Positions 37,166 through 48,425 of a stretch of 64,000 nucleotides of DNA are shown here, piece after piece (within the stretch, counting starts at the first letter, position 1; the number at the start of each line of letters is the position of its first letter). Source of the stretch: Spizellomyces punctatus DAOM BR117. Its lineage: Eukaryota. Where the stretch lies: NCBI GenBank assembly GCA_000182565.2, contig KQ257468.1, one strand, 5' to 3'. The notes below the pieces were generated by a model, which searched no databases, was not told the origin of the DNA, and saw only the letters and a program-made list of their open reading frames with translations. The position numbers were made by a program, and so were the translations under genes.

Positions 37166-39193
37166 TCAATACAATGTGAAACTGTCTTCCACCAGCCGTT
37201 GAATTTCTTCATATCCCACCCCTCTCGGTGCCAACCTTGTTACCCTCTCCTGTGGCAAAGTTCCTTCCACCAACTTAGGAACATCCTCCTTCGAGTATCC
37301 TAGGGCAGAGAGACCGTTTGGCACATCGAGGTTATCCAGAAACCTTCGGAGGGCATCCGAAAGAATCAATCCCGCGTCAGCGAGTTTTGCATTGGTGACG
37401 TCCGCACCTGAGCAACAAGGATTATGTCTCATGAGTTGATGGACAACATTACACGAAGATCAATATGCACGAGAACGTACCGAACAATGCTGCGGCTTCA
37501 AGATGGCGTTCTGGACACGCTGGTGCGGTGAACTTGAAAACAGCGGGCGATGTGACTGCTACCGAGATGCCATGAGGCTGACATAATTGGAGCCGGAGTG
37601 AGCAGGGAAGCTGATCTGGTCACGTGAACCCGGACGGTGGGAAGTAAAACAGCCACATACCACTATGGGATGTCCAACATCGTAGCCTTTATGTCTGTAG
37701 CTCTTGACGCCACCAGCAATGGGATAACTCATACCGTGACAGAGATGCACTCCAGCATTTCCAAACCCGATTCCGGCAAATGTGGACGCCAAAATCATTT
37801 GCTCCTGCGCTCGATGATTCGAGGCATCCTTGTACGCTTTGGGGAGATTGTCGATGCACATCTTCAGTGCCTTAATGGACCACATATCAGAGATGGGATT
37901 GGATCCCTGATAGGCCGGACGGAGGATAGGGTTGGTCGGGCGAGGAGAGCGCAGATTGTAAGGGATTGCGGTATACGATTCGAGGGCGTGGCTGTTCACT
38001 TAGAATGTCAACGACCCAATACGGTGGGCATACCGGAACCATCGAACATCATACCATAAGACATCCAAACCACTTGCAACATGTACTTCGGGAGGCATGG
38101 TCCTTGTGTTGATAGGATCAACAATCCCCAACAGTGGCTTAAGGGACCTATGCGCAATTCCCGTCTTAAAGTTCTGAGGCTTATAATCGAAGATAGCAAC
38201 GCCTGTCGTTTCACTGCCCGTCCCTATCACAAGTAGCAATTAGACTGCAGCACAATGTAACGATATTGGACAGACATTCTACACACCAGCGGTCGTTGGC
38301 ACTGCGGATTGACGTAAAGTATTATTCGTTAGAATGCCTATGAGGGGACAGTGTGACCTTAAGAGGTTCATACCAGCAATAAGGGGTTTAACAGGATTAT
38401 ACGGCGGCTTCCCCTTTCCGATGGGGGCTGCGAATTGAAGTCGAAGAGTTCAGTGTCGTCCTTGCGTGTAATCTGACAGCCCAAACCTACCATTTACAAA
38501 CTCTAGAAATCCCTCCTTTGAATGACACAAGTACAAATTGGCAGCCTTGGCAGTATCGATCACACTTCCGCCACCAACAGCTACAAATGCGTCAACGTTC
38601 TCCTTTCTGACAAAATCGATGGCATGTTGAAAGGATTCGTCTGTAGGCTCAACTCTGACATGCGGATAGAAGACATGTGGAACGTTCTGTGACTTAAGAG
38701 AGGACAGTACCGTTTGTGCCGGATATAGGCTCGCGATCTTTGGATCGGTGAATACCGCGACTGATGGGGTCAAAATTGTCGATCACAGCTCTCCACTTAG
38801 GGTACTGATCAAAAAGCTATTAAACGACGGGTAAACACACACCCTTTCGTGCCCCAATGTTCTTCAGATCCATGCCCACTTCCTTGGTCACACCGACACC
38901 ATATCGAATGTTTGACGCAGCCATCTCAAATGCGTACTCTGTATCCTCCTGTGCAGTCGCCATACCCTTATGGTCGTGACGATGAGAGTGGTCATTCCCA
39001 TGAGTGGAACAAGGGGTCACTGGAGACCAGTGAAGTACAGTAAGTAAACATGTAGCTCCGGAAGGCAAACATGGACGTCGGAGAACGAACCTGCTCGAAC
39101 TCTGCCAGCGGGAGAGTGGCATGGACACCTTGCACCGGCCGCCGATACAGCGGACATCACGTTCCAGACGGCAGCGCGTGTAGGTTTTGCCAT
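37166..39193 (-). CDS. ADHFE1: Hydroxyacid-oxoacid transhydrogenase (Fe-ADH family), multi-exon
   Basis: CPCH near the N-terminus, [77 protein letters not shown]. Confidence 0.93.
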
Positions 39194-39432
39194 GCTCTAT
39201 TCTTTGACGGGGGCAAATGCACAGTGCAGATGGGATGGGGAATGCAAGCGACAAAAGCAGGCCGGATGATTTCTGGGGTGAACACCACTTGTGTTACGGA
39301 CGCGCTTCATGACTAAGGGTGGCTTAGCGCGTTGTCAGCACATTTCGATGCATTTGGGATATATTCTGATCGACCTTTCCAATGCCTGCAATAGGCAGTC
39401 GATAGCTGTAAGTTCATCATCCAGTGTCAATT

Positions 39433-41690
39433 TTATTGGATAAATTCACTCATAACATCACGAACTTCTCGCTGAACTTGATACAACCTGACAAAGACAT
39501 TGTACTTCTTGTCGTGGAATATCCTCTCCTCCCCGACGCAAGGCTCAACAACTTTTCCAACCCTGCCCATCTTTTTCATCCATTTCCACAGTACCTCACG
39601 TTCATTATGCTTGCCCCACTCAGAAGCTGTAGCCCCAATGACAGCGGCACCAACCAGTACAGCATCCCGCTCCTCTGGAATAATGGTTCTACATCCACAA
39701 CAGTCCGCTAGTGATTGCACAAATAGTTCGTTCTGAGTAAGACCCCCGCTCAGGAAGAGCGTATTAAGGTTATATCCGCCTTTCTTGAGAGCATCGATGA
39801 TCATTCTCGTCCCATAGCACAAACTTAATACTCCCGCGTAATAGCACTTTATCAAATTGGTTTCGCTTGTATCTAGGTCACACCCTAGCATGGCACCTTT
39901 AATATGCGGGTCCGCTAGTGGGGAGCGGTTGCCGTGGAAATCCGGGGTAATATGTATATTCTGAGTTAGAAGAGCCCAAAACGGCAATCGTAAACGTTCG
40001 GACTCTCGTGCGATTAAGGCGTTAAGGTAGGAGTAAATGGACAGAGAGCCAGCCTGAGCGGCTTTCTGAGCAGTGGTATACGCGGGATGCGTCGTGATGA
40101 GATGGTGAAGAAGCGCACCCGTAATTGACTGGCCTCCTTCTGCTATGTGGAAATCGGGTAGGAGAATATCCGCGTAGGGACCTTGGATGAAAAGTCAGAC
40201 TCGCGCGTTCCTGCCCAGATGGGGGCCACCTACCCCAGACTCCGCTCACAAAGGCCTGATGCGGAGACAATGCAATATGACAAGAAGAGGTTCCTGTTTC
40301 GGCACAAAACCGTACAGGAATATTAGAACACTAATCCAAGTAATTGTTAACGCCGGTCCTACCACAGATAACTGCCATGCGATTTTGCACATGCTCAAGT
40401 GAGAGGCCTGTTCCAGGGGAACTCTCAGCACCAATTGTCCTAGCTCAACATCAGTAACCAACTCAGAATCGTCTCAAGGGATGAGCAACCGCCACCCCTA
40501 CTTACCCAAGCGCGCCCTAATGGGTTCAATAACAGTGCATCTCAGTCATTATACCTTGCCACACCACAGTATGAATTGACTTACTGCATAGGCATCAATT
40601 ACGGCGCCTCCGACTTTTGCTCCCTCGGCTCCTCCTAGACCCAACTCCTTGGCTGCCTGTTCGGTTAATCCTCGGCCAATAGGCTCCCCTGCTTTAACAA
40701 CCTGCTGGCCGCCAAATCGTTTGAAACCATCCTGGACAACATCCCTCATCCCCAGAGCAGTCCAAAAGTCCGTACTCCATCCTTTGCCAGATTCGTACGT
40801 CCATTTACAGCTGAGTGAATTCAACCCACGAGTGGAGTATGAAGTAGCTTTGAGAGTAAGGAAGTCGGGCAGTTCGAGGAGCAATTGAGCGCTTTGATAG
40901 GCCTCAGGCAATTTACGGTATAGCCATAGGATTTTCGCAGCAGACATTTCAGGACTGCTGGACGTTTTAAAAACAGGTGGACTCGATGAGATCAAAGGAT
41001 GTTAGCTGACCTGATCTTTCCACCTGTTCTTTTCAAAACTGAATGACCCGTAGCCGACATCTCATCGGCTTCTTCCTGCGCTCGATGATCCATCCTTCAT
41101 TCCATCCACTATCATTAATGATACCATATGGCATATCAATCAACTGCATACCACATAATCACATTCCATTTTGGGTTGCCAGACGGGGACACACTGACAG
41201 GTCCGTACTGGTCATCAAGAGCTACCAGACTACAGGTAGCATCAAATCCAATACCTAATGAAGTGTGATGGTAGCTGGTCACTGTACAATCTTTTCCTAT
41301 TCGCACCTCTCCTACCTTTTATGGATCTAGCATCAACACCTGACACATCGACTGCTTGCTGTACGGCCATACAGCAGGCCTCCCAGATATTATCGGAGGA
41401 CTTCATTGTGCATAATTCACCTTAATTCTAAGTAAACAAGGTCATGCTGGAGCTGACGTTATAGAGCACACCTGCTCATAGTAGTCCGTTAAAGGGTGGT
41501 TTATTTCCAAAGGATGGGACGCTATAGCCTTTATTCTTCCTTCACCATCAACAACGGCCGCTCGTGCTAGTGGAAAGAACATTATAGAGCCTCATTCTGG
41601 AAAACAGTGACTGGCGCTGTGTCAATTTAGTGTACCGGAGGATGTTCCGACGTCTACTCCCAAGAACAGACTCTCCTTTGGGTTGTGCAT
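39433..41690 (-). CDS. FGGY-family carbohydrate kinase (pentulose/D-ribulokinase-like), multi-exon
   Basis: [56 protein letters not shown]. Confidence 0.9.
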
Positions 41691-41829
41691 TGGCAGAGTG
41701 CCCCCAGTTCGAGGACCCGTCGCGAGTGTATCTGCGTTGGCCTAGCAACAGCAATAACCACGCACCTTACCAGGCCTCACGCAGTGAACTGAACCACTGC
41801 GCTTAACGAGTATATCACAGCAAACGAGC

Positions 41830-43225
41830 ATGAACCCTGACTACATCTCCACCAAGACATTGCCCCCTGAGGTAGCGTCGGTCGACAGACAGACCTTGCA
41901 GCAAAGTAGGCTCTTTCGTACCGGTCCTTCTTCTGTTGAAAATATACTGACGGGACAACCAAGATCAGAAGGCAAGAACCTCAGAATCCTCAATTCCATA
42001 TTTTCGCAACCCGGAATCCCTGCCCCCTCGCGGGGGTCGTAGTGGCCGTGGCAAGGGCGGGCATAGTGGCATGGGAGGTGGTGGCAGAACTGTAGATGCC
42101 CCACCAGAAATAATTGACACGTTTCAGGAGCTCAGTGGAGTCCTAGATGAATTGGTACGGTATCCCGAAAATATTCATATTCACTCTAAAGTTAGAGTGT
42201 GCAATATGGTTGTAGCTGATATCATCCTAGCATGACAGACGAGAGCGGATTATCAAGTTATCTCGGGATATTACGATTTGCAGTAAACGAATGATTTTCC
42301 TTCTACACAGGTACATATTATGTGTTTCTCTGAAGGGCTTTTCAGTCTTCATTGTAAATTTTACTCCGAGCCTATTTCAGAATAGCTGGTATAAATCGGT
42401 CTAAAATACTAGCTGAAGCGAGAGATAAGCAGAAAGAAATCATTCGATTATTTGATCAAGTTGCTGCAGAATTGAAAGGAAATGATTTTTATAGGTATTA
42501 TCTTGAATTCCATTTGAAATTGAACAATCGTTGATCCTTCCTGACTAATTTAGACATCATCGCTCCATCGGTCCAGGCTGCGAAGAGTTCATCGAAGCAG
42601 CGTCCTTCCTAGTATACGTAGAGAGAGGGGAGCTGGCGACAAAGGACGAGTTGCAGAAACTATTGGTGAACGAAGAAGGAAAGCAGGTGAGCTTAATACA
42701 GTGCTTAACGTATGCTTGTGGCAGAAAATATAATTCTGAGGTGGTGTAGATCCTAGAGATTGCTGATGAAGACTATATCCTGGGCCTTGCAGATCTAACA
42801 GGGGAACTCATGAGATACTGCATCAACTCGGTCGTACGGGGTGAACACCAAGTTGCAGAGGACATTTGTCATTTTTTGCGAACAATGAAGAACGGTACGC
42901 TTACCCGGTCAACGGTTTGGGAATATGCGATGTTCATTTAGACCTTCGGAATAGAATATGAGATCATCGATTATCCACCGGCGAAAAAAAAGATGTCCAC
43001 CATGAGAAGTAGCCTTTGGAAAGTGGAGAACGGTAAGAAGGGTAGAACAAATGAAAGCTTTTCGTTTGGCTTAATTGAGCGATTGTTATAGCCTGTTACG
43101 CTTACAAAGTTCGAGGCGCTGAGCGCCCATCGCAATATTTCGTTGACGAATTGCAAAGAGGAGAGAGCTACGGATATCGCGGATGGGAGGACGAGGGCCC
43201 TTTGGACGCTGAACGCCTCTATTGA
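41830..43225 (+). CDS. TSNAX: Translin-associated factor X (TRAX, C3PO subunit), multi-exon
   Basis: RERIIKLSRDITI, EEFIEAASF, DYILGLADLTGELMRYCIN, SLWKVENACY...VRGAE. Missed by the ORF track because of short exons. Confidence 0.88.
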
Positions 43226-43474
43226 GGATCAATCCCTGTACATTATTGACCAACTGCAAAATTCTCCAGTATATATTGACACAAAATGAACCATTACAAA
43301 TTTTGGGTGAAAGCATCCAAAGAAGTAGTTTTATACACACGACCGATGCTATATGCTCATGGGGTGGGGGTTTATATACAAGGATTTCCGCAAATATAAT
43401 TTGCACGCAATAGAAGAATACGCCAAGTTTTAACTGTTCTCTTCTTTGTTAGTTCCAGCCACGGCTTCGACTTC

Positions 43475-44278
43475 CTATTCCTGATCAATATGCACGCGTG
43501 GTCGATAGCCTGTGATATGAGGTGGAAGGCGTTCCATAATTTCTCGCCAATTAACATCAGTTCCGGCCCGGTTATAGGCTTCTTCTTCTGAGTCATTGTC
43601 AGTATCAAACGGATTCCTGCTCCTCGGACCCTTTACAATGATTGGTTCATCTTCAATGTCTGTGTCCTCGGGAACTATCTTCACCTCTGGAGTTGGATTC
43701 TCTTCTCGCCACTTTATGGTGTCTGGCGAAAGATCAGGCAATGTGAAAACGTCGTGCTCTGATGCAGACTCCGAGGCTACAGACTGCGTACGTCCATGGT
43801 GAAGCTCACCAGCTCCGATAGCAGATGGAAGATCATTTTGAGAGATAATCTGTGGTTCACTCGAAGCGCTCTCAGGGAGGCCCCATGCTAGAGTCCCGAC
43901 TGCAAAGAACCCAATGCCATTGACTGACGTAACCTGATCACCGGATACGAATTCCGCTGGAGCCATGTGCAATAGGACTCGTTGATTGGTGTTTTGTCTG
44001 ATGAAGTCATTGAGAAGAGACGGATTGGCACGACCGGCAAAGGTACAGAACACGTTCTCCCCTTCATTAGGGACAAAACAGATCGAAGTCGGCGTGCACC
44101 AAGGGGCATGGCGACCTTTTCCCTGGTCATCTTCTGTTGTCTCAGACGAGAACTCATGGTTGGCAGGTTTCGACGTATCCTCTGACGTCTCAGATAACGA
44201 GGAGATTCTTTCGTTTTGAGCGTTGTAATCGGAGTCCTCAGATTCAGACGTTTCCATCTCGTCCTGTTCGAACGGCAT
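43475..44278 (-). CDS. Hypothetical acidic low-complexity protein (267 aa)
   Basis: ATG-initiated 804-nt ORF with protein-like composition and no recognised domain. Confidence 0.55.
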   Translation of the reverse strand: MPFEQDEMETSESEDSDYNAQNERISSLSETSEDTSKPANHEFSSETTEDDQGKGRHAPWCTPTSICFVPNEGENVFCTFAGRANPSLLNDFIRQNTNQRVLLHMAPAEFVSGDQVTSVNGIGFFAVGTLAWGLPESASSEPQIISQNDLPSAIGAGELHHGRTQSVASESASEHDVFTLPDLSPDTIKWREENPTPEVKIVPEDTDIEDEPIIVKGPRSRNPFDTDNDSEEEAYNRAGTDVNWREIMERLPPHITGYRPRVHIDQE

Positions 44279-44289
44279 TTTATCAATAG

Positions 44290-44515
44290 TATTTGCGAGC
44301 AGGGGGAAGATGTTAAGATGTTACCCTAGACCACAACACAGAACGTCTTAGCACTCCTTTTGAGAACATGTAGGGAGTTTGGCTACTGTGACGTTCAATA
44401 TTATTTGCGAGCAGGGGGAAGATGTTAAGATGTTACCCTAGACCATAAGCTCAACACAGAAGCTCTTTGCAGTAGTACTGCTGATGACATGTAGGGGGTT
44501 TGGCTACTGTGACGT
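44290..44515. repeat. Imperfect ~112-bp tandem duplication
   Basis: tatttgcgagcagggggaagatgttaagatgttaccctagacca...acatgtaggg.gtttggctactgtgacgt occurs at 44290 and 44402. Confidence 0.9.
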
Positions 44516-44795
44516 GCGCCAGCATACAAATGAGTCAGCACATTCCATCCCCACCCCAAGCTCAAAACTCTTCCAGCAAGCTTCAAAGCCTTGTCTGCAC
44601 GCGTACAGTAAGCGACTGTGGCTTGCTCATGGATTTGCTCAGCAGCCAGGTCTTTCACTTGATATCCAAGACCACACACTGCGAGTTGCAAACAATTATG
44701 GAAAGGGGCCACCACATCGCACGCCCAAGACACAGCTGATGGATACATGTATCAAATATAAATAGCATTATAACGAAAAGTTACAGGAAGATACG

Positions 44796-47033
44796 TCATA
44801 GATCTGTTGATTTTGCTTCCCCCATTGCCTTTTCCACGCCGTTCAGACCCACAGATTCTATTAGACTGGTGCCGCCGGTACCAGCCAACTTTGTTCCCGT
44901 TTCATGCTTGTCGGCCTCCGAATCTGTGACTCCTTCGTTGGTCTCAGCGACAGCAAGGTCTCTTTGATCGTCATCTGTTTGGTTATTACCATCTACCGGA
45001 AAGGTCTTGTTATCAGCCGGTGATTCTGCGCTATTGGTACTAGTGACGCTACGCCTCTTGGACAACGGGCTGAAAGATAGTTTGGGCATTGACGCGGTAC
45101 TGCCCGCAGATGACAATGGCGCCTCAAGTCCAGCTTCATCAGACGCCTTCGCTAATGTCAGTGCATCGGCTGATGCCGCATGAATCGCCACACTTACAAT
45201 GGTGCTATTTGGTCTAGGCTTCTTCCTCAAGAAGACTTTATCTTTCTCTGAGAATTTTGTCGCCCCGATGCGAGCGTAGAACATCTTTCGCTTCAGGGTC
45301 AGCATTTCCAGGTAAAGATCTTCCTTTCGTCGGGTAGAAAAGAGACCTTGCCGTATATGGCGGGCAAACTGGTAAAATTCGCATACCGCTACCAAACGGT
45401 CTCGGCAATTTACGCAAATGGGACACCAAGCGTCTTCGGGAAGATCCGAGGACTTGAATTGGAAGCGACACGTTGGTGAGTTTACGGAAGAGCGTCCACA
45501 TGTTGAACATCCGTTCGTAACGAGAGTCGAGGAACTCCCCAGTTGGAGCGTACCGCCACTGAAAGCGCTGCTAAGGCGTTCCATAACCGTCTTATTGAAA
45601 ATTGCTTGGGTTGGCGGTGGGGTCTTCGTTTGTGCAGGGGGTATGTTTGCCCCCAAAGAGGCATCAAAATTGTCTGGCAGAAGGGTTGAGTTACGTTTGG
45701 ATGAGTCGGCAGATTGAGAATTGGAACGCATCGGAGATGCGGTTTTGGAGCGTTCAAAACGGGATGCTTGTGCCTCAAGTGCTGCAATTTGTGTGGCAGT
45801 CATCTCTTCCACAAAACAAGTATTTGCGGAGATGGCATCGATGAGCTTCTTTGTCGACGTGCGGGGATTACCCCCGAATCGCAGACAGGGAAATATGTCG
45901 TCCTCTAACGCATTCTTCATGAAGTGCAGCGTATGCATTTTGGACAATTTCACGTCAGCGCTGGCTGTGATGAACTCTTCAAATTCTGCGAATAACACCG
46001 GGTCAATCGCTTCCTCGGTAGATTGTCCTTCGGAGGTGTCATCACCCATATCACTAATCGAGGAATACACACTCAAGCGTGCTTGACCCTCCGTCATATT
46101 ACCCAGTGAGCTTGCGGCCGATGGCTGTTGATGGTCCATGTCTTCCATCCGAGCTCTCAACTCGCGAAGCTGCGACCGCTCCATTTCCAACTGCTGCGTC
46201 ATTTCCTCCAACTGATGACGCAATGTTTGCTCCTTCTTTTGGTATTCATAACGTTGCCGCGCCTCGGTCGCCACCATAGTATTAGCTTCTTCAAAAAGAG
46301 ATTTTGTTAATTCTTCCAATTCCTCTTGCACCGCATCTTTCGAGTGTTGTAGCTCAGCGCGCACTTCCACTTCGTCAATAAGCTTCTGACCCATTCGATC
46401 CAGATCCTTCTTTACGGAAGCAAGTTCTTGATCCTTGGTGGCAACGGCTTCCTCAAGTTCATGGACACGGATTCGCAGTTTCGACATTTCATGGGTTGAA
46501 GCATCTTGTCGCTGTTCCATGACCGTCAGCTTTCTTTGAACTAGGTCAAGCTGTTTCGCCAGTTGCGCGCGCTCCTTCTCCAGGCGCGCTACGGGATAGA
46601 GTATGCCTCCACACCTATGACAATACTGGGGATTATCTTCCCTTATAACATTGCGGCAGGTGCATGAAGCATCTGGTTGAGGCTCCTCCTGACTGGGCTC
46701 AGCGAGCTCCGCTCCAATTGCCGTTTCACCGTCGCTTATTTTTGAGCTATCATATTCCACCGTACTGGCCCCATCCGAAATTTTGATTGCATCCACACTA
46801 TAAACAGACGTTCGTGCAGAAGGTTCTCCCACACTCTGCTCAGTCTCAGACCCAATGCTTCCAAATGAGGTTGATCGCTGAATTGTAAGCGAGTCTTGTG
46901 AACTGCGTCTATTTGCGTGCTTCACCGATATTGCTTGAAGGCGTTGCTTCAGACTCGCGAGGCGCTCAGCTGTTACTGCAAATTCTGGTGCGGTTGGTGA
47001 TGTGGGTGGCGGCATTAAAGGTGGTTCCGGCAT
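44796..47033 (-). CDS. SEC2: Rab GDP/GTP exchange factor Sec2-like
   Basis: Coiled coil with EELEELTKSLFEEANTMVATEAR, EDDIFPCLRF and a C-terminal Cys cluster (CSTCG...ICVNCRDRLVAVCEFYQF). Confidence 0.9.
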   Translation of the reverse strand: MPEPPLMPPPTSPTAPEFAVTAERLASLKQRLQAISVKHANRRSSQDSLTIQRSTSFGSIGSETEQSVGEPSARTSVYSVDAIKISDGASTVEYDSSKISDGETAIGAELAEPSQEEPQPDASCTCRNVIREDNPQYCHRCGGILYPVARLEKERAQLAKQLDLVQRKLTVMEQRQDASTHEMSKLRIRVHELEEAVATKDQELASVKKDLDRMGQKLIDEVEVRAELQHSKDAVQEELEELTKSLFEEANTMVATEARQRYEYQKKEQTLRHQLEEMTQQLEMERSQLRELRARMEDMDHQQPSAASSLGNMTEGQARLSVYSSISDMGDDTSEGQSTEEAIDPVLFAEFEEFITASADVKLSKMHTLHFMKNALEDDIFPCLRFGGNPRTSTKKLIDAISANTCFVEEMTATQIAALEAQASRFERSKTASPMRSNSQSADSSKRNSTLLPDNFDASLGANIPPAQTKTPPPTQAIFNKTVMERLSSAFSGGTLQLGSSSTLVTNGCSTCGRSSVNSPTCRFQFKSSDLPEDAWCPICVNCRDRLVAVCEFYQFARHIRQGLFSTRRKEDLYLEMLTLKRKMFYARIGATKFSEKDKVFLRKKPRPNSTIVSVAIHAASADALTLAKASDEAGLEAPLSSAGSTASMPKLSFSPLSKRRSVTSTNSAESPADNKTFPVDGNNQTDDDQRDLAVAETNEGVTDSEADKHETGTKLAGTGGTSLIESVGLNGVEKAMGEAKSTDL

Positions 47034-47513
47034 TGTCTCTATTCAAGGCCCTCCTCGCGTACCCGTAGATTGTAAGGAGGGTACAATATACAGAGGATAT
47101 TGCAGGTGGGTACAATGGAGAAGCGTTCCGTCCAGTGAAGGAGCGGAGTGGGTGGAAAAATGATCCAGCTCCGGTGAAGAACAAAGAAGCTGTCAGCGGG
47201 GAAAGCGGCTGTGGTACAGTGCGATCAGTCACATGACTCTTGCCAGAGCAGTCAATATGGCAGCCTGTTGTTATCCACCAATCCTACCCCCCAAACTCGT
47301 CGTCAAGTATCATTAACTATCGTTCGCCACAAGGCGACTATTATCGCTTTAGGATATGTCATGGATTTGGAGTTAAGTCCTCACCGAAATTATGAATGAT
47401 CGATACACATTCGAAACTAATTTACAGGTTGTTAACGGTACATTGGGCAATCCCCACACCGTGCTCTCAACGCAATCCATTGCGCCTCTTTACACTATCT
47501 TGCATTTAGGCAG

Positions 47514-48078
47514 TCACCTCACTCTGATTTTAAGATCTGCTTTCCAGATTTGCGATCCACCTCCTCGGATCACCACAGAGGGCTCCCAAAGGCCCCTCTC
47601 CTGTGGCACACCTTTCAGAAAGAATGTCCCTTCGGTGTCATTCCATTCAAAACCAAGGCCATCTGGCAATGTCCCATTCAAGCAAGCATCACCCCACAGT
47701 CCAAGTTTCTTTCCATCAGCGTGTACCAGTGCACGCGGCTCCACTGTTTCATTGAAGTGGAGGGTTGCGAGAGGTGGGGCAAGTTCCATTCCAGACGCAA
47801 AGGCGCGAACACATCCAGAAAGCAAGGCAGGACACTGGTGTAGGGTGATGAGCTGTACCATACATATATATTTTGTGCGAGCAGCGTGTACATACCTCAT
47901 TGCAGACAACACAACAGTCGCACACGCAAGGGTCCCATGCCGTCAAGTACTTGAATCTACCTATATTACAACGCTTTCCCCGCAAGGAACAACTCGTTGG
48001 ACCGTAGCACCCACATGAATGCACGTAACGTCCGCATAGAAGGACTAAAATAAGACTGAGAAAAAGCTTTGTTTGCAT
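47514..48078 (-). CDS. Small secreted Cys-rich protein with a putative Ig-like (He_PIG-type) domain
   Basis: Signal peptide MQTKLFLSLILVLLCG, Cys-rich exon(s), and C-terminal GTLPDGLGFEWNDTEGTFFLKGVPQERGLWEPSVVIRG. Confidence 0.55.
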
Positions 48079-48425
48079 GATACGGTTGTTGAATTCAAAC
48101 TGAGAGTCGCCTTAGTGAATCTGAATTTCACAACGCGTCTTAAGAATGCTTGGTAATCATACTCCGTCACGTGATGCAATATGAAAATAAACAAATGACG
48201 TCAAAGTGTCCCACCAGTTTAGATCAACCCAATTTGAAATTGCATCATTTCCACTTGCATGTACTGATCACACTCGTCCTCCTGGTTGCAATGCGCTTGC
48301 AATGCGCTCCAGGGATGTTCTAGTGGAATGCTCAGTAACCTAGTGGTAGAGGGAAGACATTGCCAGCACGGAATGTTTATATATCACAGGAACAAGATAA
48401 AGTCTACTTTTAACTAACAAAATCC

